A stretch of DNA of 63,638 nucleotides, the filler included, from Folioceros fuciformis (taxonomy: Eukaryota), in assembly GCA_049999805.1 (NCBI GenBank). It is 4 parts of 3 records of this genome, joined end to end, with 100 filler letters (N's around TTAATTAATTAA, not from the genome) between each part and the next. Parts side by side here need not be neighbours in the genome. Positions count along the whole stretch, not along the records: positions 49,478 to 61,910 come from JBNGIO010006191.1; 3 more parts are not named here. One strand, given 5' to 3'. The position numbers and the translations under genes are program-made. Positions 50,298 to 62,010 of the stretch are shown one piece after another. The notes under the pieces are model-generated. The model did not search any database. It worked only from the letters and a program-made list of their open reading frames with translations, and was not told the DNA's origin. How positions within the stretch are numbered: the first letter of the stretch is position 1; each line of letters opens with the position of its first letter.

Positions 50298-53200
50298 AAA
50301 CCCCTTGGCACACAATCTTGCTTTGTAACGGGCTATGTGCCCGTCATCATTTAGCTTGTGTTTAAACACCCATTTACAGGTGATAGCCTTCCTATTTGCA
50401 GGTCGAGGAACTTGACGCCAAGTGCCATTTTTTATGAGACTATTATACTCATCATCGACAGCAAATTTCCATTTAGCTTTGTCTGGGCCTGTCAAGGCCT
50501 CAGCAAGAGTAGCGGGTTTGAGAGGAAGTGCTGGAGGGGAGGAGACAATTGAAGCTGTATGTCGTTGAAAGTCAATGCTAGCATATGGAGGTTCCCTCCA
50601 GTCGGAAGGTGGAGGTCTGTGACGAGAAGAACGACGAAGTCCAGCGTCTTCATCTTGAGGAGGGTCATGGGCAACAGCAACGGCAGGTATATACAAGTCA
50701 TCAGTAGCTGGTAAGTCAGCTGGCAAATTGTCTGGGACGTTTTCAATGTCCATTTCTGCATCGGCAAATAAGCCATTGAGCCCAAATGGATCAGGATCTA
50801 AGATCAGTTCTTCTACTGCAACGGGTTGTGTAGGATCCTGGTCCTCGTCAACAGCAGGTAGATACTGATGCTGGGCAGGGTTGACACCAACAGGGTCAAA
50901 GGCATTGTTATGGTTCTAGTTCTTTGCTGGTAAGTCAAGGATAGGCATAGCTGGCCCGTCAGCATCCACATGATATAAGGACAGAAGACCTATGGAGCCT
51001 TCTACATCACTGGCTTCTTCTGGAGTGGATGGTTGCTCAAGGGAATTATTCTGAATAGCAATGTGAGCAAATTGCAAAGACTCCAAGAAAGTGACACTCC
51101 GTGCCAGAACTAGTTGTCGGGTAGCAGGGTCAATAAGCTTGTAGGCTTTCATAGTTTCACTATAGCCAACAAAAACTAATTGTCTTGATCGTTTGTCTAA
51201 TTTCATGCGTTTCTTTGCAGGAACATAAGCATAGGCTTTTGAACCAAAGATTCTGAGATGAAGCAGGCTGAGCTTCCGCTTCCAGAAAATCTCAAAAGGA
51301 GTCATAGCAGCAAGAGAACTTATGGGCAGTCTGTTAAGGATGTAAGTAGCAGTAACTACGGCTTCTGCCCAATATGGAGACGAGAGGCCTGACCACAACA
51401 ACATAGCACGCGTCATTCCCATCAAGGTTTGGTTTTTGTGTTCGGCAACACCATTTTGCTGTTGCATATAGGGCACAATTAGTTGGTGAATTATGCCCTG
51501 CTCAGAGAATAGGTTAGAGAATGACTAATTAGCGAATTCTGTGCCATTATCAGATCTGAAGATTTTAAGCAAGCAGCCTGTTTGATGCTGTGCGGTAATG
51601 AGCCAGTCTTGAAACAAGTCAAAGGTTTTGTTCTTTCTCTTCATGGGAAAAGTCCAAGCAAACCTGTTGTACTCATCTGTGATGGTAAAGTAGTAATCTG
51701 CCCCTCCAAGTGAAGAAACCTAAAGGCAGGCAAATATGTCAGCATGCACCAGGTCTAGGAGTTGTGAAGATTGATGAGCTGGGGCTGTGGGAAAGGGGAG
51801 CTCCTTCTGCTTGGCTAGAGCAAAAGTCTCACAAAGGGGCAACTCCTTCAAACATTTAGGTAATGGCTCACGATAACAACCTTCTTTGCTAAGGGATGCC
51901 TAGGTGTGTCTGTTAACATGACCCAATCGGGCATGCCATAGAATAGATTGTTGGACAGCCGTCACGTTGCGTACACTAGTAGAATAGGCATGAGTTCTGC
52001 TGCCAAGAAGACAAGGAAAGTCTAAATGATACAGGTCGTTGTAGAGGAAAAAAACTTTAGACACTTCCATTTTGAGTGACAGAATGAGCAGGCTGCGATT
52101 TTTTTGTGAAGGAACTAGCAAATCGGCTTAGTATGTGAATAAGATAGGGGTATTTATACCCAAAACTGTCCTTGGCCTTTGGGTGTTTGGGATATCGAAG
52201 ACCGAGATCTGGAAGTGGGTGAGCAAGGGTGTCCTTGGCCCTTGGTGGTTCGGGGACACTGAGGTGTCTATATANNNNNNNNNNNNNNNNNNNNNNNNNN
52301 NNNNNNNNNNNNNNNNNNNNNNNNNNNNNNNNNNNNNNNNNNNNNNNNNNNNNNNNNNNNNNNNNNNNNNNNNNGGGCTAGCTAGTTGTGGACTTTGGCA
52401 AAAAAAGGATGGGTTGAGGTGACAGGGCGACGGTAGCCAGTGGGGCAACTGTCGTGGAAGGGCGACCGGTGGTAGTCCAACTGGCAGTAGTGAGAGAAAA
52501 AAACGGCCAGTATATAAATCCTAAGGGGAAGTCTAGAGGGGAACTAAGTCAGTATTCGAAACGTGAGGGGAAGTAACCCGGGAGCGTGACGATGGCTGGA
52601 AGAGAAGCAGACACTGAGGCAACAGGACGGGCCGAGTCGAGAAGTGAGCTCAGCGAGAGAGGAGGGAACCGCAGAAGCCGAAGCGCGAGGAGGAGGAGGT
52701 TGGCAGGATGAGGTCGCGCCCTGAACAGCTGCCTGGAGTGACAGTACCCGAGCAGGAGGGGGAACCTCCTGTCCCCCGGATTGACATGCTCATGTGGCCC
52801 AACATGGAGCATTGGCGGGTTAGGGCAGGAGGGCTGGCGGGCGAGTTGGGTCTGGGTTTCATGACCTAGAAGCGGAACCACGCAGCACCACAGTTGGTCA
52901 GGGAGTGCGCCCTAAGGTTGAGGGAGCCTGTCCGTGAGGAGGGGATCAGAGGCAGACCGTAGGAGTAGAACTTGGAGCTGGTGAGGAGGGTGTATGGCCG
53001 TCACCAACGAGAAGAGGGAGGACTGGTGCTGGAGTCCCTGAAGAAACGGGGAGGCACAGGAGACGCTGAAGGATTGCTCAAACCAGGCACAAAGAAGGAG
53101 GCTAACGGGTGGTTGGTTCGCGACATGGTGAGCCCGCAGCTAATGGGTCTAGCCAGGTGGTTTCTTAGTTTTTTCCAGGTTCGCAAACAGGATTATCTAT

Positions 53201-56200
53201 CTGACCAGATGCTCCTGTTTGTGCATAAGGTAGTGAAGGGGACCAGGATTGATTGGGGAAGAATTCTGTATGCCAGGATGGAAGAGGAGAGGCAGAATTT
53301 GACCCTGCCCTCTCCTCAGCCCTCGATGATTTTCCCGTTTCTAGTTCATATTTATAACTATGCTAACCTGGTGTTGGAAATGGAGGTGTTGGCCTCACTG
53401 CACATGTGGAGGCCAATCAGGGATGTAAAATGGAAGCTTGCTAAGCCAGTGAAGGCCGACTCCAGTAGTTGGGAGTCGGGGAGTGGGGACAGCTTGGAGA
53501 AGGAGGTTCCCGTCAGGCCTAAGAAGACGACAGCAACTCAGAGGAAGACCCCTGCCAAGGGCAGACGGGTCAGCGGACAGAGCACAAGAGGAGGAAGTAG
53601 GCCGGAGACATCGAAGACAGCCCTGGAGCGAACTGAAGGTCAGATAGAGGAGCGGGTTGTACAGGAACAGGAGGCAGAGCTCCCAGAGTAGGCGAAGGAC
53701 CAGCCCTGGGGACCAAGGAAGAAACAGCGGAGGCGCCTGTGCCTAGGCGCTCCAGGAGAGTGACCCGCACCAGAAAGACAGAGCCGGAGGAGGCAACAGT
53801 GGGACGGGTGGAGGACCTTCAAGTACCCCAGAAAGATGGGGAGCAGACAGCCCAATGTAGCCCAAGGGAGGAAGGGGTAAGCACCTCCTTTATGAAAGAA
53901 GGTCGGGTTGTGCTGTAGTATAAGGAGGAGGCCTCCTATGTGCCAGGTCTTTATGTGGAAGGGGCCAGAGTTTTTAAATTGTTTCTGTATGTACATATGG
54001 GTATAAGAGGGACGCGGGGCTACGGCCTGCAACTGAGGACCCGCAAGGGACTCTCCCACTACAGCTGGTGGATGACAAGCCTGCCCCATTGCTATGCGGA
54101 GGCAGTCCTGGAGGAGCTAACGGAAGAAGAGGCCCAACGATGGGTGGAACGGGAGCCTGTTGCCATCCTCAGTAACCAAAGGAGGAGGGGGGACAGTGGT
54201 TCTCATTGGCGGGACCCACCTGCGCCGCCGCTAGAAAGGTCCAGCAGCAGTAGTGACGTGTAGAGGTCCTGTGGGAAGATCTGCCCAATCAGCGGAGGGG
54301 CGGGAGAGCGAGGAGGACCAGTAAGAGGAGGCGCGCGAAGACCCAGGGGAAGGCGCCAACGGCGTGGAGAGAGGCAATAGTAATTGCAGGCTAGAATAGT
54401 ATTTTTTTAGAATGCTTTTACTTGGACCTAAGTCGCTCGGAATTTAAGAGTGCCGACTGACCCCTGACAGACTTTATGGCGGAAAGACCGCCACCATCGT
54501 GTATAAGAGGCTGGTTTGAGTCCCTGGAACATTAGCAAAAATCAGCCCAACCACCCAACCTTGTAGGAGTCTAGCGATTGTCGTTGCTGGACAGGAGGTC
54601 CAGGCAAGCGAGCGCACGCAACAATCTGGGGGTGTGGGTGCAGGTGGTGGATGCTCCGTGATCGAGCTAGGGGACAAATTGGGAGGAGGAACCTCGCTGA
54701 GTGGGAGATGAGCTCGCCACCTATCCTCGGGGCGATCAGGTGGAGTGGTGAAGACGTCGGAGCCGAATCCGCGAGTTTGGAGTGGAAGTGAGTATCCCTT
54801 CCCTTAGCCCCAATGTTTTAGCATTCCTTAATTCCATAGGAGAAGGCCCGGAGAGGTAGGACCGAGTGTGAAGTCGAGAAAATGTGAACAAGTGAAGAAG
54901 CAAGATTGAGAGAGACAGCCAGTGTGAGTGCGTGATGTTGAACAGTTGTCAAGACAGGACCACGCGACTGGGGGTGTGTATGTGAGAAGTAAAGAGTGGT
55001 GGCACAAATACGAGATGGCTGCATGGTGGAAGCGGCTGAAACCCATGTGAGGGAGGAGTGGACTGGAGACTATAATTAAAAAGGGGGATTTTGGAGGCGT
55101 CGCGGAGGGGGCGCTGCGAACCAAGGGCAAGTGCCCAGAGTGTGAGGGAAAGAGGAACCATGAAAGAGGAGTCGCTGAGTCGGAGAGATCGAGCGCCGAC
55201 AAGACCCTGGCGCGTGTGTAGCTGAAAGACAATTGAGAGCAAAACGGCCTGGGTTCGGGCTTGGGTTGCGTGAATAGATTGGGGATTGTACTGCGAGAGG
55301 TCCCTTCACGACTTTCTGAGTGCAGATGTGTGCACGACGAACGCTGGTGCGTTTCAGTCGAGGCGCTGGAGAACTGGCAAGTAAGGGCGGAGGTCTGTGA
55401 GTTCGCCGGTGAGCGCGACTAGAGGTAAGTTGCTGGCGGTTCGGAAGGCAAGGATTGGTAAAGTAAGTATTAGAGGGTAAACCCAGGTTAGAGGAGAGAG
55501 GGAGAGACTTAGAGAGAGTGAAGGAGAGAGAAAGTGGGACCCATTGAGGTAGCCAGATGGGCGACTGTTACCCGGAAGGGAACGGGAGTTGTTCAAAGGG
55601 AAACGGTAGTCCTGAGCAGAAGTAGTCGTAGGGGCGACGGAGTGATCGAGGCGATTGAAAGAGTGGCCAGAACTGGGGTCGTCAAGAAGACAGGAAGGGT
55701 AGAGGCATCCGGGTGTGACTTGGGTAGCTGGGACGTGAGGAAGCAAGGGTCCTAAGGGGCTAGGTACCCCTTAGGTAGTAACTGATTTTGAGAGAGAACC
55801 TGTTTAGTGTGGACCTTAACCCTTAACTGATTTTGAGAGAGAACCTGTTTGTGTGGACCTTGCGGTACCACCGGGTACAATATTTCACCCCACAGTCATC
55901 CTCTGGTAGTGCTTTAAAAACACAATTAGAGGGCAAATTTGGCCTAACAAAGCAGCAAGATCCCTCATGAGCTGTCAATAGGAAACCATGTTGCTTGAGC
56001 AACCGACTCAAGGACAGCACGTTCTTTGCCATTCTGGGGACGTACATAACATCTGCTAGGGTTAAGGTGGAGCCATCAGTGAGTCTAAAATTGCATGAAC
56101 CTTGGCCTAGAATTTGTAGACTAGTGGAATTTTGTTCATCCCCGAGGTACACCCCATCAACGTCAGAAGTAGGGGTAAGAGATGCAAATAGAGATTCATC

Positions 56201-57940
56201 CTGACAAATATGGGCAGTCACCCCAGAATCTAGGTACCAAGCTGCCTTATCACCTGCTAAGGTTGAAAGACAGACTGTTAATATTTTAACCACTTGCTTG
56301 TTGGATTCTGAAGGCTTGTCCCTAACTACAACATTGGTAGTAGGTCGGGATGGTTTACGAGGCTCTCCGGCCTTCTTTTTTCTACACTCATTGGCCCAAT
56401 GGCCAGGTTTACCACACCAGTTACAGTTACCAAGGCGTTTGGAAGAAGGGCCAGCATCGCTGCATTGTCCTTCATTACGGGGACCCTAGTTGAAGCCCTG
56501 ATGTGGCTGTATCCGCATTTTTTCTTTTTGTGCCCGTCGTCCAGGGAAACCAGTCCGTACTCTGTCAGCTTTGGTTTTCCCAGACCCTGACAAGAGCCTA
56601 CTTTGCTCTTCCTGGAAGAGAGCCCCTATCACCTCGTCTAAGTTGAGAGTAATTTGTCGTCCTGCAACTCCAGCAGCCCTAGTCTGTCGGATGGGGACAT
56701 TGTCTGCACATACAAAGTTCTGGTAACTGGGCGGAGGGCTGGTGAGCAATTGTGCGATCACGTCCACCTCGTCCATAATAGTACTTAGAGAGGTAAGTTG
56801 TGCCCTAAGATGTCTAAGCTTGCTGGTGTGAGCAAGTACTTTGTCTCCTTCCCACATTTGAAGTCCATAGAATTCCATACGCAAAGTACAGAGTGTAAGG
56901 ACATTGTTTATTCTGTACTGACCTTCCAATTGTGCCCAGATTTCATTGGCCTTGGTGAGAAATTCGATCTGTGGAATAAGATCTTCAGTCAAGCCAGAGA
57001 CAAGAAGGGCATTACCAATGCTATTCGCATGAGCCCACTTGTCTTTTTCTCTTGTGAGGGCTGTAACAGGGGGCTCTGGAATAGACCCATCTACTCTGGA
57101 ATAGACCCATCTACCTAAACCCAGGGTTGGAAGATACAATCCCACGGCTGGCTGCACCATGGACAAGGGTTCAGGATGATCAGTAGCTGGAATTCCCTGA
57201 GAAGAAGCTCCTGGCGCTCACCAATATGATCCAGTTGTCCATTGATTTGATCAATTTTTGCAATTACAGTTGAATTTTGTTGCACAATTTGTGCGTCCTT
57301 CATAAGGAGCACATTAGTCAACTGGTCCTGCAAATTGTTAGCGCGCCAAAGCAGGTAATCATTTTCTACAACATCATCCAATTTGTGAATTCCTGGAACA
57401 ACAGATCCTTGCTGTAATTCAAGCAAATTAGGCTGATGTGAGTGTCGTTTTTGTGCGGATATATCTGTAGAGTTACGGCGACTACGCCTGCGATGAGGCA
57501 TGCTGCAGAAGACGTGCAACAATCATATTTGACATTATTCAGACATTGTGACTGACAGTTGTGTGCAGGAGGAGCAATCCGGGCTTGAGCATAGTTCCTA
57601 AATTATTTAGAAATAATTGTGTGACTTTGTTGAAGTTCCTATTGCTCTTCCTCTACAAAAGTGTTAACATTTGTTCTCTTAATAAAATGAGTCATTGGAA
57701 TTACTGGGATTCCATATATAATTTCGTGAGAAATCTCTCATGCTCCTACGCAGCGGAATTTAACAGGATCGGAGGTTGAAATCTAGATCTCTCCAGAATC
57801 TCGATATGAGGTCCATCCTTTGTGATGATTTTAATGGCAACATAATTATAGTTACCATCAAATGTAGGATGATGTCAGTCCATTCATGGAACTGATTACC
57901 ATCCATACATAATCATAACAAGCCTTGCTCTAATACCATG
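50298..57940 (-). mobile_element. Degenerate Ty1/copia element, split by a nested insertion and truncated in RT by another LTR end
   Basis: Minus strand: PBS tggtattagagc (tRNA-iMet-like; plus-strand gctctaatacca 57927-57938) next to an LTR CA end; gag; zinc knuckle CNWCGKPGHWANEC; protease WYLDSGVTAH; LWHARLGH; integrase QQNGVAEHKNQT; RT start KWVFKHK...RYKARLCAKGF. Confidence 0.85.
52040..55894 (+). mobile_element. Nested LTR-type insertion (TG...CA) carrying a decayed non-gag/pol ORF
   Basis: TSD gtcgt (52035-52039) / gtcat (55895-55899). Removing it rejoins host copia as KALPEDD-LYHLD. Contains broken ORF segments 52593-54263 and an N gap. Confidence 0.72.
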
Positions 57941-58284
57941 ATATAAATGGAGAGCAAGATAGATGAATAACCATAAGGCAAATAGAAACAATAATAATAC
58001 AAAGTAAAGTAAAGAGTGTATATTATCTATACTAGGCACCCCTTCGCTAAGGTGACCCTTGAATAATCAAACTAAACTTAACTAACCACAACTAACCAGG
58101 GGTAACCCCTAAGCAAGTGAGGTTACCCCGTGAACAGGAAGGGTGGTCACGCTGGAAGCTGAAGTGAAGGAGGCAAGAGGAGGCAAGGAGGTGAGCGCGG
58201 TGGCAGGGGGCGTGACAGAAATTTCAGCGGAGGAATTTGTATAAGCAACGGCTACGGCAGTGAAGAAGCCAGAGGGAGCGAAGG

Positions 58285-59569
58285 GTGAGAGGTGAGGCAG
58301 AGCTTTTGCCGGTGATTCAGGAAGGAGGTGAGGCGAGTGGTGAAGGTAGGACCAACTTGGTACTTCAGAGTGCTGGGGAGGAGATGTTTAAGGTGCAACT
58401 GTCTGCCCTGACGGTAGCGTCAACAGAGTGTTGGGAGACAAGCGCTGTGAGTGGAAGGTCTAGCTCGCCAGCAAGTCTACCTCCAGCAAAACTCAAGAAG
58501 GAGGACGTCGAGAGCGGGAAAGCGGGTTCGTCGGTGGGCAGAGTTTCAGCAGAGTGCCAAGAACAGGAGGAAGGAAAGGCGGTGGCAGGAGAAGACAGGA
58601 TGGGCAAGAGGGAAGGTGAGAAAGAAAAGGGGAGTGACGCGCAAGCTGGAGGGGAGCGACAACTTTCTGTGGTTTTGGGCATAGGAGAGGGTTCGCCATT
58701 GACAGATCAATTGGAGGAAGCGGCCGTGTTTGTGCCCATGCTCAAGCGTGGGCAGTTATTTTTGTTTAGTTCTTCTTTGCAGGAGGAAAACGATTCAGGG
58801 GAGAAACCGGACAGCGAACCAGCAGAAGTTGAAAAACCACCTGGTGAAGAAACTGAAGGCAAGGTTGCGAGAGAGGAAGAAGAGGTGGAAAGCGAAGGGT
58901 TGAGAGGACACCTTCTTGAGAGAGGTGCCAAGGAGCTAAAGGTTGACATCGAGTTGCGGTGGAGTCTTGTGGAGGCTCACAAGTTCTCTAGAGAAGATTT
59001 GGCTCAATTACGGGCTAAGGCAGAGGAGAACGTGGACAGACTTAAAGTGGAAATTGTGGCGCGAGCTGTTGAGAGAGCTCAGCTTGCGAAAACACTGAAG
59101 AATCTACGAGCTGAAGAAAGAGTAGCGGCGTTCTTTAGAGGAGATTATTTCCACGGAGCTGTTGCGAGGGGAAGGGGCTACTGCTGTTTTTGGCACTCTT
59201 AAAGGCAAGCAGTTCGATGTGGCATACCAAGTCATAACGCAATAGTATCAACAACTCAAGCGAGGAGAACAAGTGCAGACAGATGGCGGTGCTGGAAGCA
59301 AACGGAAGGGCGAGGAAGGGCCAAGGAGCGTGGAGGACTACCACAAAAGGGATCCTCCCAAAAGAAGTTCCTATTACCAAGCAGGGAGAGGAAGAGCTTA
59401 TCGACAGGGTTTCACGAGATGGAAGGTTGGTGAGGGTGTCGTGACAGGGGATCTTCCGGTTAGAAGGTCCAATAGGCTAAACTTAGAAAAGTTTTCTTCT
59501 GGACCTGCTCCCACTGGGGCTGATATAGAAGTGGTGAGCAGCAGTAGTGAGGAGGATGCAGTAGCGTGA
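58285..59569 (+). pseudogene. Glu-rich / coiled-coil ORF remnants, probably a retroelement accessory ORF
   Basis: 305-aa and 98-aa frameshifted ORFs, purine-rich, with no recognisable catalytic motif, lying among TE sequence. Confidence 0.4.
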
Positions 59570-60192
59570 AACAATTTGGTTAGCAAATATAGCTGAAGTT
59601 GTCCTAAAGTGGGTGAGATGGGAAAACAGCTTATAATGAAGTGTGATTAAAGTTTGTTTGTGAAAATTGTTTAAGACCAATAAGCGAGTTTATCATTATT
59701 AGTTTGTTTCTAGATGTTGAAAAGTAGTCGGTGAAATGCTGTGAAAATAAGTGTGGAAGAAGCTGGGCAGGAAAAACTCAATAGGGTGAGGAGNNNNNNN
59801 NNNNNNNNNNNNNNNNNNNNNNNNNNNNNNNNNNNNNNNNNNNNNNNNNNNNNNNNNNNNNNNNNNNNNNNNNNNNNNNNNNNNNNNNNNNNNCCTTATA
59901 ATAGGGTGTTCCAGACCGAGTAGTTGGAGTCAACTTAAAGTATTTTGTGATGACCTGATAGTGCTTGGAAGACACTTTTCAGATTTGAAAACCTTAGTGG
60001 CGTGTTTAGAAAGAAAAGAGGAAGAAGTGAACTTAGTGTGGAATGCTACAAGGCGTCCAATTTTTGAGCTAGTATATTCTACACTGTTTCCGTGTTGGTT
60101 TGGATACAACCTAGTGTAAGACTTTATTAGCTGTAAAAGTTATTAGACTCTAGCGTGATAATTCTCGTTTGAATTGGTGCTGAACTTTAAAC

Positions 60193-61910
60193 ATGAGGAG
60201 ACCTATGACCAAAGGTGTCAGGGTGACGCGGGTGAGTGTCAAGCGGGCTGGTGTGCTACCTAAGTCGAGAAGTGGGACTGATAGTGTAAAAATTGGAAGA
60301 GTTGAAAAGAGAGTGATGGAAGATAAGAGTTCGAACAGAGGATTTAAGAAAAAGGCTGGGAGGCCAAAAATAAATAGTAAAGGAGGAAACATCAAGGGTC
60401 TGGGGGGGAGTTATATCTCATGCGGTGCGTTGGATGAGGAAGCAGGAAATTCGCATAGGGCGAGTGTTTTAGGTAGAGAGATGGAGGGAGAAGTTGGAAA
60501 TGCAAATCTTAGCAGGGACATAGATAAGAGATATAAAACATCTGTAGGAGTAGAAGCAAGAGAAGGGAGACTACAACTGTCTGACGAGGAGTGGAGGCAT
60601 GTGTGCAAGGAAAGAGGGTTTGTGATCAAACATAAAGAACTTGTTATAGACGTACAAAACCGGACCGTGGAGCCTATGGAAGTGAAAGGACAACCAGGAG
60701 AAGTAAATGACGTGGGGAAGTTGGTGAGAAGACCAGAAAGCCAAATGTTGAGCTTGTCGACTAAGAAACTTTTGGATTGGAAAGAAAGGGCAGAGGGGGA
60801 GTAGTATTGCCTGCGAAAAGTGAGAAGTATTCTGGGCATCCCAAGTCATCGGTGTCTATTAATCAGTTAATGTGCATGTTTTATATGATTAAGTTGCAGG
60901 AGTGTGGAGGTGAGAACATTGAATTAGATCCTAGATATGAATTTACTTTGTTAGGGAACTTGTTGTGTGGAGATGCTTACAAGTTTTATTTGTGAAGTTT
61001 CAAGGATTTGGTGGTGACCAATAAGCATGTTGAGCCAGTAAAAGAATTCTTTATTCGGTTGGAAATGAGATTTCCATCGGTTAATGCTATGAGGATAGAA
61101 GAGTTAGCAAACTTGAGGAGAAAGCAAACTTGAGGAGAAAGCCTGATGAAACGTCACTTATGTTTTGTAATCGGACTAGCCAATTGATGACAGATACGGG
61201 GATGCACAATGAGATGGAAGTGTGTTTTAAATACATTTGCAATCTGGATGAGGATATCAAGGAGGATGTCTTTAGAGAGTTGATGGTGCTATATCGTAAA
61301 ACATATACGTTGGATCAAGTATTCCCAATTGCAGAGAAACATGAGCAGGCGAGAGCATTACTAAAGACTATGGAAAGAAAAGTTGGGACAAACAGAAGAG
61401 GAGGCGCATTTTCAGCGTGAACGATTGTGGTGAGAAGATGCATGGCAGAGCAGTGAAGGTGATGGAACAGCAAGTGAGTAAGAGAACGCAGGTGTCTCAA
61501 AATGATTTGATTGGTTGTATCCGAAGTGTGTTAAAGTTGGGAGTCAAGGTGGGGGTGAGCGAAGCAAAAATTTGAGAACTTTTGCAGGACGTGATGGTGG
61601 AGTGGCCTGATGCAAGTAAAAGCTGAGCAAGACACTTTCATTTTGTCTTGATAGTAATATGCAAAATAATGACGACAAAGCAAAAGGTAGACCAGGAATT
61701 GCATTTTTGGACAATGGTGGATGTGAATTTTTGATAGAAGTTTTTGCACCGAAAAAGGTATTGATAGATTCGGGAGCGCAACCTACGTTAATTCATTTCA
61801 ACACAGCGTATGCTATGGGATTGAGAAAGGGGGATATACATGAGACAAGATGAAAGATAAGGATGGCCAATGGAGGTTTGGAGGTAGTGATGGGAGAGAC
61901 TAAGGAAAAA
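60193..61910 (+). pseudogene. Decayed retrotransposon gag and aspartic protease
   Basis: Gag-like segment EPVKEFFIRLEMRFP...LRRKPDETSLMFCNR and protease KVLIDSGAQPTLI, with multiple stops and frameshifts. Confidence 0.7.
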
Positions 61911-62010
61911 NNNNNNNNNNNNNNNNNNNNNNNNNNNNNNNNNNNNNNNNNNNNTTAATTAATTAANNNNNNNNNNNNNNNNNNNNNNNNNNNNNNNNNN
62001 NNNNNNNNNN
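61911..62010. other. Artificial scaffold linker (N-TTAATTAATTAA-N)
   Basis: Same linker; separates the decayed gag/protease from the protease-DNMT ORF. Confidence 0.95.
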
